A stretch of 64,000 nt of DNA from Octopus sinensis. Lineage: Eukaryota. Of the stretch, positions 26,883-39,386 are shown one piece after another (the stretch's first letter is position 1; every line of letters starts with the position of its first letter). Location of the stretch: positions 92,442,001 through 92,506,000 of the forward strand of contig NC_043000.1 in assembly GCF_006345805.1 (NCBI RefSeq), given 5' to 3'. Below the pieces are notes generated by a model that saw nothing but the letters and a program-made list of their open reading frames with translations, was not told where the DNA came from and did not search any database. A program made the translations under genes and the position numbers.

Positions 26883-27943
26883 TGGGTACCCAAAAGAAAC
26901 CAGAATTTTGAAATGTTATTTTAATCATGATTATACATGTATCACCTTCAAAGTATTCTTTTAACCATTTAAAGCTGTGCTGGAACTCTTGCAAAGTGAT
27001 GCCTTTTAACACCTCCATCATTTTTTTCTTGACCTCTTCCACATCAGCAAATTCCATAGCACTATATCATTTACATTATTTACATTATTTACATTTGACT
27101 GCTATTCGTCCTCATCTTGTTTGTTGTTAACACCTTCATCAGGTGTCTTGGGGAAATGTGTTAACAACAAACAAGATGAGGACAAATATCAGTCAAAAGT
27201 AAATAATGTAAATAATATAAATAATGTACATAATTCCTCATCTCTTAAATATAGAACTGTATTCAATAATATTAGTTTCCATTTCCATTGATGACCTTCA
27301 AGAAAAAGGTCCAGATCAACTTCTAGCTGTTCTTTCAGTTCATGACATGTATTCAGTCACGACTGCTTTTGATCTTCTGTGAGCAAGTGAGGCACAAGTT
27401 TTACTGCAACTCTTTTCATTCACAATTCCTCCCTCAATATTCGTTGACAGGATCTCCAGGACATACCTGTTATATGAACAAGTTTGACAATTGTTCAGTG
27501 ACAGTTCTCTAAGATCAGTTCACGAATTTGCATGATGATTTCATCTGTTCGGCAGGTCAACCTTCACCCTGAACAAGGTTGGTCTTCAAGTGATGAGTGG
27601 ACATTCCTAAAGTATGGAAACCATTTGTAAACTTGTGCTTTGCACATGGTAGCATGCTTGTAGGCTATTTGAAGCATGACAACTGTTTTGGCCACCGTTT
27701 ACCCCTGCAGAAAACAGAATTTCACGGAAGCAATCTGTTCCTTCATTTCAGCCATTGTGAAAAATCAATGTACGGGGGAGAAGCACTATAAAACAAAGAT
27801 GCCCTACATAGCAGTATGACCTCAACCAATGACACCGATTGGCTAACTGATGCCTGAGGGTTGCATAAAGTGGCTTCTAGTGGCAGAAGCCTGAACTACA
27901 TCCCACAGAGAACACTTCCAGTTACTTTTGGGTACCCACCTCA
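26883..27943 (-). mobile_element. Mariner-like transposon remnant with internal deletion and insertion
   Basis: TIR cores TGGGTACCCAAAAG(A/T)AAC at both ends. N-terminal HTH from ATG at 27755 (MAEMKEQIASVKFCF...AQVYKWF...KLVPHLLTEDQK) and C-terminus FADVEEVKKK...EYFEGD; catalytic middle absent. Confidence 0.85.
27066..27262. repeat. Palindromic insert, probably Penelope-terminus-derived
   Basis: About 60-bp arms (ATTTACATT...CCTCATCTTGTTTGTTGTTAACAC / GTGTTAACAACAAACAAGATGAGG...) around CCTTCATCAGG. Confidence 0.65.
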
Positions 27944-28040
27944 TTCATATATATATATATATGTATGTATGTTGCATATATGTATATATATATATATGTA
28001 TATATGCATATATGTATATATATATATAATATATATATAT

Positions 28041-28114
<74 letters not shown>

Positions 28115-28140
28115 CTATTAATATGTGACAATTAGTTAGT

Positions 28141-28220
28141 TGTCATAATAAAACTCAGAGTTTCGGATGTCGGGGCTGAAGTCTGCTCTGGCATCCGAAA
28201 CTCTGAGTTTTATTATGACA
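28141..28220. repeat. Perfect 29-bp inverted repeat hairpin
   Basis: TGTCATAATAAAACTCAGAGTTTCGGATG (28141-28169) / CATCCGAAACTCTGAGTTTTATTATGACA (28192-28220). Confidence 0.9.
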
Positions 28221-29224
28221 TCCATGTCACATAAGGAGGGAGAGAGGAGATAGATGTTGATGATGATGATGATACAACGATGATGATAGTGGTGGTGGTG
28301 GTGGTGGTGGTGGTGGAGGTGAGGGTGGTGGTGATGATGATGATGATGATTATGATGATGATGATGATGATATTATTGCAAGCCATACAGTAAAGGCATT
28401 AAAGATCTATATGTGATCGGAGGGCAGCAGACTGCCCATGCCCTTTACAAATGTTGTGTTTTGTGCCATAATTAAACACAACATAATTTTTAAAAAATAA
28501 AAATAAAAACAGAACTTGAACAGTCAAAAAGAAAGAATCTAGCTTCAAGATAGATGTATCTGTAGTGAAATCAAAAACAAAAACAGGAAAAAAAAATTTT
28601 TTTAAGTCAACTTACAAGATAGGTGTATCTGTAGTGCAATCACAAAGAAAATATCACGCTCTAAGATAGATACATCTGTAGTGTAATGTTGATTTCATTT
28701 GAAGTAATTTCATTTCTCTTACATTTGAGAATGTCATGTGAACCACAACCAAAACTATCATTATGAGATGATATTCTTAATCAAAAGACATCATTAATAT
28801 TCTACCATGAACTATTGGCACCTGAAAAGGAGATATTTAGACATTTGTTAAAGCTCTGTAACTAAATGGTGAAAGAAATATTGTTGATTCATCGGCAATA
28901 ATAGAGTTGAATTAATGCCAAAATGGATCCAATATGAAAACCCATGTTACTTTGTTTCCATTTTTCTCTGTGACTGTTTCACTGTCAGACACTTTTGATT
29001 GTCTACATCACTTCCATTCTTAGTTCCGTCTCCCAATTTTGATTTCAACCTCAGCCATAGAAAATTCCAGCCCTGACCACATCATATGCTTCCTTCTGCT
29101 AGAGAACACAAACAAAATGCTGAGAAAGAGAGAGAGAGAGAGACTGAGACAGACGGACTGACAGAGACAGAGAGAGGGAGAGCAGAACAACAAACGCTGG
29201 CAAGTTATTCTGTTCTCTCCACTT

Positions 29225-29600
29225 TTATGGTACTACTACCATTTCACCATCACCACTACCACTGCTACTACTGCTGCTGCTGCCACTACCGCTACCACCG
29301 TCATTATCACCACCACCACCAACAACAACAACAACATCACCATCACCACTACCACCACTGTTACTACTGCTTCTTCTACTACTACTACTACTGCTACTAC
29401 TACTACTACTACTGCAGCTGCTGCTGTTACTTACATCAGCAACATTCCCATCCGCCATTTCATCACAACCACCACCACCACCATCATCATGGTCATCATC
29501 ATCATCATCATCATCATCAATACCATCGTCATCATAATTGTCATCACCATCGTCATCATCAGCAGCAGCAGTAGCAGCAACAACAACAATAATCCCTGTC
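29225..29600. repeat. Mosaic trinucleotide low-complexity tract (CAC/CAT/TAC/CAA/CAG)
   Basis: Successive short trinucleotide runs. Confidence 0.85.
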
Positions 29601-29944
29601 ATCTCCACTCACTCCATCACTACCATCACCAATACTATGACCTCAGCCATTATGGCAAACATCGCTACCACTGTCAACAACACTACCACATAGCCAGTAT
29701 CATTAAACTATGACCGGTATTTAACTCTACCAAATCATGACAGCTGTCAGTGCCTTTATACTATTCACACCCTAACTTCCTCTATTGCAAACACTGCTGA
29801 AACTTCAGCCTATACTTTCATTAACACCAATAACACAGCTATAATCACCACTTATATACAAGTACATAAACTATGACAGCATCTACTAAAACTACAACTA
29901 TTTCTTACTTCATCAAGCAGACCCAATATGTTTTATATATATCA

Positions 29945-30345
29945 TAAATACATATATTATGGTGGCACATAAAAAGCACTATCTGAACATGATTAATGCC
30001 AGGGCCATCTGACTGGCTCCTGTGCCGGTGACATGTAAAAAGCACCATCTGAATGCTGCCAATGCCAGTGCCCCCTGATTGGCTCACGCACTGGTAGCAT
30101 GTAAAAAGCACTATCCGAATGTGATCATTGCTAGGCCTTCCTGACTGGCTCCTGTGCCAGTGGCATGTAAAAGGCACCCCCTACACTCTCGGAGTGGTTG
30201 GTGATAGGAAAGGCAGCCAGCTGTAGAAACATTGCCAGATCAGATTGGAGCCTGGTGCAGCTGTTGGCTTTCCAGACCTCAGTCAAACCAGCCAACCCAT
30301 GCCAGCATGGAAAACAAATGTTAAATGATGATGACGATGATGATG
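29945..30345 (+). mobile_element. Dispersed repeat family D (tandem ~57-bp subunits plus tail ending in (GAT)n)
   Basis: GACTGGCTCCTGTGCC...CATGTAAAAAGCAC subunits; tail CCAACCCATGCYAGCATGGAAA; second copy at 62195-62640. Confidence 0.75.
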
Positions 30346-30454
30346 ATATATATCTATATATATATACAAGTGTGTAAGAAACACACATACACACACACAC
30401 ACACGGGCGCACACATGCGCACACATATATATATATATACATGTTTATGTGTCA

Positions 30455-30895
30455 GGCACAGGTGTGATTGTGTGGTAAAAAGCTCACTTCCCAACCTCAT
30501 GGTTCTGGGTTCAGTCCCACTGCATGGTACCTTGGGCAAGTGTCTTCTACTATAGCCTCAGGTCGACCAAAGCCTTGTGAGAGGATTTGATAGACAGAAA
30601 CTAAGAGAAGCCCATAATATATATGTATATATATGTGTGTGTGCATGTGTGTGAGTGTGTGTGTGTGTGTGTTTGTCCCTTATCCGCACATGACATCTGG
30701 TGTTGGTGTGTTTATTGCACTATAACTTTGCAGTTCAACAAAAGAGACTGAATAAATAAGTACCAGACTTAACAAAAACTAAAAATAAGTATAAATAAGA
30801 ACTAGGATCAATTCATTCAGCTATAAAAAAAAAATTGTTAAAGGCAGTGCCCCAGCATGGCCACAATCTAATGATTGAAACAAGTAAAAGATGAA
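30455..30895 (+). mobile_element. SINE family A, full length
   Basis: Head with GGTTCAGTCCC, body, microsatellite and tail. Confidence 0.8.
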
Positions 30896-30983
30896 ATATA
30901 TATATATATATGTGCGTGTTTGTGTGTGTGTGAGCGTGTAAGAAACAGGAAGAGACAGGGATAGAGAGAAAGAGAAAGAGATG

Positions 30984-31022
<39 letters not shown>

Positions 31023-32215
31023 CAAAACGTAGGAGAATGTGTTTAAGTATAAGGCTTTCATTGAGGGTTATTGCTTCAAACCCCTTACTGTGGGATTGGC
31101 TTGATGCCTGGTTATTTCTCGCAGCTGGATAGATTAAGTCCTTCCATTCTTCACACCCTGCATCATATATTGATCTCTGATGACAACGAAGAATTGTACA
31201 ACAGCAGCTGATATGAAATAACTGACCGTTTTGTATAGTGCCAACTTTTCTTCCTTGACTAAAATCTATAGAACAATGTTCTGTTGTCTTCTTTTTTTTT
31301 TCCTTTCTTTTCAATTTTGTAAAAGAAACTTAAGAGTTGAAAGAGCTGGACAATTGTAAAAGTATTTGGGTTAAATGGTTCAAAAGTACCACGAGGTCAG
31401 ATACCCTCCTTCAACAAACACTGCATCTGTAAATGGCACCAAAATCGAAAATGTTGCTCTGCTTGTTATTGTTGTAAATTAATGCCAGTGAAAGCTAATT
31501 TGACCCGATTGTTTCCCATTAGCGACAAATGGGTTTGAAACAATAGCTCAGTGTGATATATTGATCTGAGCAAAGTCTGGCTAGACACGACAAGAAAGTC
31601 TCTACCTTGTTGATTGAACTCTCTGAAACAGTAGCCAAATCTTTCTCAAACCACACCTCACCTTCTTAAAACTAGAATGTAGTTGATAATGAAGTCCAAG
31701 ATACGTTATGTCAGAAGCAGTATGAAACACTATGATCATATTCTGAACGTATTTGATTCTAGGTTGGCTCAGTCAGAGTTAACTTGGATCAATAACAGCA
31801 ACAATAGCAACAGCAACAACAACAACAGTAATAACAATACTACTGGTATATCTGATACAAATTCATATTCTAAAAGTGTAATTGTTCTGTATTGCAAAAG
31901 ACAAAAGATTTATCTGATCAAGAATGAGGGGAAACCACAATAGTTGTTGGTTTGTAATGGGCTTTATGTATCATTAAGCAAATATACTAAACTTCACTCA
32001 GACTTCGCTGACTGTAAACTGCGGTCCTTGCAATATCTTCATGCTGTGTTGTATTTATCATTTCTCATTCTACTTCAGTGCTCCTCAGAGCTTTTTACAA
32101 AGTGTGCCACCATAGCCTTTACTTCTTCCATCACTTTTTCAGTGTTTCATTCTTTTCTCCAGTGGATAATGTGATTAAATATATATGTACATATATATCT
32201 ATGTATATGTGTGTG

Positions 32216-32281
<66 letters not shown>

Positions 32282-32296
32282 AATATATCTATCTAT

Positions 32297-32796
32297 ATAT
32301 ATAAGAATTTTTTGCATAATAAGATAAAAAAAATCAAGGCTGTATAGATATTAGAGCACTTATAGATAGATGGTCTTACAGCTGTTTCTAGGATATTAAT
32401 TAATAATATCCCTTCATCGGAGATGGTGTGAGAGGAAGTTAAGTCATAGTTAGTTTAGATGTGATACAAAATAGAGTGAGGTGGAGGAAAGAAAATGCAA
32501 GATATGTATACCCATACATATCTTGCATCTATATATAAGATATGTATACCCGTAAATATCTATATATAAGATAACCCATACATATTTTGCATCTATTTTC
32601 TTTTTTCCACCTCACTCTCTATATTGTATCCCATCTAAACTAGCTATGACTTAACTTTCTTCTCACACCATCTCCAATGAAGGGATATAATTAATAAATA
32701 TCTTAGAAACAGCTGTAAGACCTTCTATCTATAAGTGCTCTAATATCTCTATACATCTTTGGTTTTTTATCTTATTACGCAAAAAACTCTTATATA
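32297..32796. repeat. ~500-bp fold-back carrying hammerhead-like motifs
   Basis: About 200-bp arms, e.g. TTAGAGCACTTATAGATAGA...CTTACAGCTGTTTCTAGG / CTTAGAAACAGCTGTAAG...TCTATCTATAAGTGCTCTAA. Confidence 0.88.
32374..32423 (-). ncRNA. Minimal hammerhead-like motif (CCGAUGA, palindromic ACAGCUGU, GUA)
   Basis: TCT-CCGATGA-AGGGATATTA(TTAAT)TAATATCCTA-GAAA-CAGCTGTA-AGA; 3-bp stem I. Confidence 0.5.
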
Positions 32797-33016
32797 CACA
32801 CGCTGATATAGAACCAATGTCGAACCCTTTATTCGCAATATTTCCGCATCTGGAACTTAGCTATGGTCTGTCTTGTCTATAGCACTTATTCAGCATTACC
32901 TGACACCTTTGAGTCTCAATGACACCATTATCTCTTATATTTATATATATTTATATATATCTGAGTATATATGTATATATGACTGTATATATATATATAT
33001 ATATATATTTATATAA

Positions 33017-35361
33017 TAAATATTAGGGAATAAATCCAAATTTACAGGGAAAAAATCAGATTTAGGATTAAATCCAATTTTATAGTAAAATATTATATAA
33101 TATTAATTAGAGACAAAACCACTATTTTGCAAAACAAACAAGGAAAGACTTAATCAATACATAAAATTTTAATAAAAAGTAAAAAAAACCGCCACTACAA
33201 TTGTTTCATGTCTTGAATATCAATATTTTAAAATATAAGTATAAAAAACAATTTTAAAATAATTAAAGTATCAATGAAAAAATATAAATATATAATCTAT
33301 ATATAACCTATATATAATCCATATATAATCAATATATAAACTAAAATAAACCTATCAACAATTAAATATAAAACAAAATAAAAATAAACTATATATACAC
33401 CCATACACATATAACTAAGTATATATAACCATATCTAAATACATACACTAACTCACACACCTATATATATATCCCTATACATACACATAAAAACGTCTAG
33501 ACAACGATAAATAAATAAAATAGCCAAATACTTCAACACAATACTTATTCATACACCCTCACACACACATACAACCCACATTCATAAACAATATACGTAT
33601 ACCCGCTCACACATACATATACAAACATACAGAACTCGATATATACACCAATATATTCACACCCACATCTATACAGATAAATAAATTACACAAACAATCA
33701 TACACACACACACACACATTCACACATACATAAACACTCAAAAGAAAAATAAACAATTCTTTGCACGTGGTGATCGAACGTTTTTTTTTTTAAATTATGA
33801 ATGGAATAATATATAATCAACTTAAATATACAGAATTTACTACGATTCATTAATAAACCATCATGATAAATGAAACCCATATACATATAATGATAAAACT
33901 CCCTTTACCATACACAATTATACCTATATAGCAATCTCCATATATACATTCACACACAAATATACATACGTAAAACACACACACACAACATATACGTATA
34001 CCCCCTCACATATACATATACATACTTACTAAACTCGATATATACAACAATATGTTCACACCCACACTCATACAGATAAATAAATTACACAACTAAAATA
34101 CGCACACACACACACATTCACACATACATAAACACTCAAAAGAAAAACAACATTACTACACATAATACGATATATAAAATACTTCATAAGTAACCAGAAT
34201 ATCATAAGTAACAAGATTAACATAAGGAGAAAAAAATATACATACTTTCAAATCAGTTTCAATTTATGAAGTGAAATTAAACTCTAGCCGTTAAAAACGT
34301 CAAACAAAATTACGTTACCATAGGAACCTAACATATGTATAAAAAGTATTCGCGCTCTGGAAACGAACGTCATTTAAAATTATGAATGGAATAAATGGAA
34401 TTAAAAATTATATTCACGTGGTAAACGAACATTACTTAAAAATTATGAATGGAATAATGTAATAAAATAACAAACATCATAAATAGACATAAATTACTAC
34501 AAATTCTTTAATAAAACTACCATGATAAACTAAAACTCATAAATACATATAATGATAAAACCTCCCTTTACTAAACACTATAACATACCTATATAGCAAT
34601 CCCCCTAACCTATACATTCACACACAAATACACACACGTAAACCACACACCCACGACATATACAAATACCCACCTCACTCACACATACCTATACATACGT
34701 ATAAACCTCGATATATACACCAAAAATTCACTCCCACACCCATACAGATAAAAAAACATATACATCCTTAAAAATGGGTGCAATCTCACGCACATCAATC
34801 ATGCATGTATACAAGTGCATACACAAGCACACACTTTTATATAGCACCATGCACTCCCACATCTACACATGCACTTATACACACGCACACATACACACAC
34901 ACACCCATGCAACATACATATTCACGGACACTCTCCTAGACATCCAAATATACGTATAAATGGCTACAAGACAATACCCAATAAAAAAATTACCATGAGC
35001 AACAAACCAAGCCATAATGCATGGGGACTAAAATACTAAAAAATTCTAAATAAAATAATCATGATAAATGAAATCCATACATACAAATAAAACCCCTTAC
35101 CAAAAAACAATACACACACATATATACACACACCCACAAACATAACCATATACACACTCTCACAAACATATACATACGTACAAACCTCGATATATACACC
35201 AATATATTCATTCCCACACTCAATAAATTATTAAACAAATACATATACAAACATAAACATATATATATATAAAAAATATATATATATATATATACATTCA
35301 CACATAACATCACATACACATTTTGCAAAATAGTGGTTTTGTCTCTAATTAATATTATATA
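33017..35361. mobile_element. G-poor element with internal diverged tandem units, bounded by Penelope-type terminal sequence
   Basis: Left end matches 15622-15820; 41-bp perfect inverted copy at 33094-33134 / 35321-35361; motif CTCGATATATACA recurs four times. Confidence 0.6.
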
Positions 35362-35374
35362 TATATTTATATAT

Positions 35375-35422
<48 letters not shown>

Positions 35423-35498
35423 TATCTATATATATATATATATATATATAAAGCAATAATATATCTCCGAGCGAGGTATAAACAGTAGCTGCATGACA

Positions 35499-35910
35499 TC
35501 GTGAAGTATATTTGCCACTTAAATGTGGCTAACCCTTAAGGGTGGATGCTACTGTAGCTTGTAGCCCCAGGAAGACACCTCCTCCAGCTGGCTATTATTT
35601 CTTGTTTACACTTTTTCGATATCAGTGACTTTTCGTCACTAGAAAAAGGATATATATTTGCAAAGGAAACCCACATTTCATTGGCAATCGGTGATTGTCA
35701 TACGCTGATGACAGGTCAGTACCCAGAAACTCGAGTCTGTGTGTATCATAGGTTGAAGACGGGAAGGATGGCTTCCCTTTGCAAATACTGATAGGGCACA
35801 GAAAGTGTGTCAATAGCCAGCTGGAGGAGATGTCCTCCTGGGGCTACAAGCTACAGTAGCATCCACCCTTAAGGGTTATCCACATTTAAGTGGCAAATAT
35901 ACTTCACGAT
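35499..35910. mobile_element. Inverted-repeat mini-element (about 99-bp arms) with an internal hammerhead
   Basis: ATCGTGAAGTATATTTGCCACTTAAATGTGG...CCAGCTGGCTATT (35499-35597) / inverse at 35812-35910. Confidence 0.8.
35699..35743 (+). ncRNA. Minimal type I hammerhead candidate (CUGAUGA, ACUCGAGU, GUC)
   Basis: CATACG-CTGATGA-CAGGT(CAGT)ACCCA-GAAA-CTCGAGTC-TGTGTG. Confidence 0.7.
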
Positions 35911-37914
35911 ATATATATATATAGTAGAAAAATTAGAGAAATTTTCTACCAGTGGCTAGCATGCATAAAATAGTCAATAGACAACATATTTTCATATAAA
36001 ATTAGTGTACATTTTTACACAAAAGAAGTGACTCTAATAGGACACCTTATATGCTAAAAGGAATGGTCAAAGTCCAAACCACGGTTAGTAGTAATTTCGA
36101 AGTTAATGAAAAATAAAAGCATTTTCAAAAGTTACCACTTGTACCTAATTTGTTATCGGTGTTCTTCATCAGCATGGATGCTAATAATTAACATATAATT
36201 ATGGTACAAATAGACCATACATGTCTCATATTTATACATTATAATTTTTCAAATCCACCACGCAAGCACAGTTATAGTTGGCAGCAATGTTCGATACCTA
36301 GGTACAAGTGGTAACTATTGAAAATGTTTTTATTTTTCACCTCCTTCGAAATTACTCTTAACAAATAAACAAATGGATGAATAAGCAAATGCTCATATTT
36401 ATTCAAGACAACACTGTCCAGTATATCCTTAGCATTTGTACAATAGTAATTAGAGTGTGGTTTGAGGGGGATTTGGCTGATATTTCTTGCAGACCAAACA
36501 ACCATGTGGAAGCTTCCTCAGCAGCATGTATTGGTGAATTTGTTACAGCTGATATTCATCTTTAATGTTTGCATGTCAATGTGCAGGAATGGCTGAAGTT
36601 TCAAAGGTTCACATTTCTAAAGCAGAAATAATGGACACTATGTTTAGTCCTGAGAATACTTAAAACAAAACTGTAATTATAATCAGGACATCCAACTTAA
36701 ACTGGATGGCTTGTATAGAGTGCCTTAGCCCTTTAGCATTCATATTATTCTGTCAAAAGTGATGCTTATATACTCACATGACTTTTAATTAATCAAGCAT
36801 TATCTTGTGGTTTCAATATTTCGACGATGTGATTGTTATTTTTAGAATGACATTGTAGAGTAGGTATGAGAGGACAGATCAGGCCAGTTTGAAGATTTCA
36901 CCATTTCTGTGAGTCATCAGTGACAGCCTACCTTGCTGTCAGTATTTTCTTGCCTTCGTTTCTTCCTTTCTTCCTTGGGCCATCAATTCTTGATGGAATC
37001 ATAAGAGCACCATTGTGGCATGTGGCTAGTCTTAGGCATTTTACAATTGGTTGAGTCAATCCCTCTACAGAGTAGTATGCAGCTGATTTCTTCCAGAAAA
37101 AAAGAAAGAGGCATGAAACTCACTACATCCTAATATTAGATTGATATTTTATTTAATAACTACAAAAGGCAGTATAGTGAAATTGATCGTCTTAGTGTTT
37201 GAGGTAAGGTGTTTGTAAGTTTGGTAATAGTGAGGTTTGATGCTATGAATACAATGAAAAGAGCAGATGCACTACATTGTTAGATAACATAGGCAGGTGT
37301 GTTATACAGTTACACATTTACTGTCAACATTTTCCTACCTTTCTTCTCTCTTAGAGGCATTAATTCTTGATATAACCATAAGAGCACCATTGTAACATAA
37401 CAATACATATTGGTAATTTGTAAAACATAGTGAAATAAATCCCTTACTGGGTATTAACAACTAGTTTTTTCCAGAGAGAAAAAAGTAGAATTAACTCCCC
37501 ACCTCAGCCTAATCACAGGAATGGTACTTATGTAACGATCCACAAAGACAGTAAGGCAAAGTTGGTTTTCATAAGGTTGGTATGCCTGGTGTTAAAAGCA
37601 TTTGATGGGATGGAACACAATGAGAAGATCAATCGTATTATATCATCAATTAACTTAGAAAGGTGTGTTACATAATTCCATACTTACTATCAACATTTTT
37701 CTGCTAGTTTTAAATTCTACCTTTCTTCCTTGGGCCATCAAATTTTAATGGAATTGTAGGAGCATCATTATGACATGCAAGCAAGTCTTGGGCATTTTTA
37801 AAACCTAGCATTGTCCATTTCTCTTTAGAAGTGGAAGCAGCCAGATTCTCCAGAGAGAAATAGGTAGAATAGAACCCTCTTCCCTCTTGTATTGGAATGA
37901 CATTTAACTTTTAT

Positions 37915-38143
37915 CTTTTACTTACTCTACTTCTTATTAAACTGTGGCCATGCTAAGGCAGTATCTTGAAGAATTTTAGTCAAATGAATTGACCCAAGTA
38001 ATTGGATTTTTGTGAGTCTGGTATTAATTCTATCGGTCTCAATGCTGGACTGCTAAGTTATGGAGACATAAACATGCCAACACCAGTTGTTAAGCAGTGG
38101 TGGGGACAAATACAGACACAAAAACACACAAAAGCATACATAC

Positions 38144-38179
<36 letters not shown>

Positions 38180-38300
38180 ACACACACATACACACACACA
38201 CACACAAAAGACAGGCTTCTTTCTGTCTTTCACCCAGTCATATGGCTTTGGTCAAACAGGCTACAGTAGAAGACACTTGCCCAAGGTGCCACACTTTGAG
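37915..38300 (-). mobile_element. SINE family A
   Basis: Reverse complement of tail, microsatellite and partial head. Confidence 0.75.
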
Positions 38301-39315
38301 ACTGAATCCATTGCAAGGCACCTTAGATAATTGACTTCTACTGGAGCCTCAGACCAATCAACACCTTATGAGTCGGAGAAAGACAGGAAGACAAATGTAA
38401 CCATGATGGAGATTTGTAAGCATGGTGGAAAGGTGGTCAGATTTGTACAGAACATAATGAGAGAAGGTCAAATGCTTTTCATTATCAAGTAACTTATGTG
38501 GCTGTGTCGCTGGGCATATTTAAAAGGAATATAAACCATTATAGAAATAGTAAGAGAGATTGGAAGAAGAGAAGAAGATGATCACATGTCTGAGGGATGG
38601 ATAGTGGCTAGAGAGGATCAAAGGATGTAGGTTCGTCTGTAAGTTGGATGGCTATTGATTTTCGTTTTCCTTTATACTTATTTTGTTAATTTCATTGCAT
38701 TTTATTTATTTATTTATTGTTATGGTTAGAATGTTTGTGTGTAGTGGTTGCACAAACCCAACAAAAACAAAACAAAAAAGCATCACAACTGCAGTAGCAG
38801 CAACAACAACAACAACAACATCAGCAACTCAAAACTTTATCATACTACAACAAAAAATTATCATCATTTTATCCATCATGACCACCACTACACCACATCT
38901 TGAACAACCAGCCAGCCAACCAACCAACCAACCAACCAACCAACCAACCAACCAACCAGCCAACCAACCACCCAACCAACCAGCCAACCAACCAACCAGC
39001 TAACTAGCTACAATATAACACCACCAAGTGAAAAAACTATAAAGAATTCTTGAGATATTGGTGAACCATTTCCGCCATGAGGCCAATCTCTCCATCATCA
39101 ACACAACCAAAATATCAGACTTTATTCTTTCTTCTTTAGTCATAAATCATCAGCTTCTTTTGTCCTTTACTTCAGTTCTTCTCTCCTGAATAATCTCTCT
39201 CTCTCTCTCTCTCTCTCTTCTTCTCTCTTTCTGTTAATGTTTTTTTTCCCTCCGCCCTTTCATTCTCTAATCATTCTCTTTACTCCATTATTCATTTCTA
39301 CGTCAGCATCATCTT

Positions 39316-39386
<71 letters not shown>

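Noticed and set aside
29086-29713. His-, Asp- and Ser-rich ORFs
   Set aside because: Mosaic trinucleotide repeats with no higher-order or splice support.
30868-31430. Minus-strand exon candidates (KEEKLALYKTVSYFISAAVVQFF...)
   Set aside because: An acceptor and several possible donors exist, but the frame is ambiguous and no protein was recognised; unsupported without RNA data.
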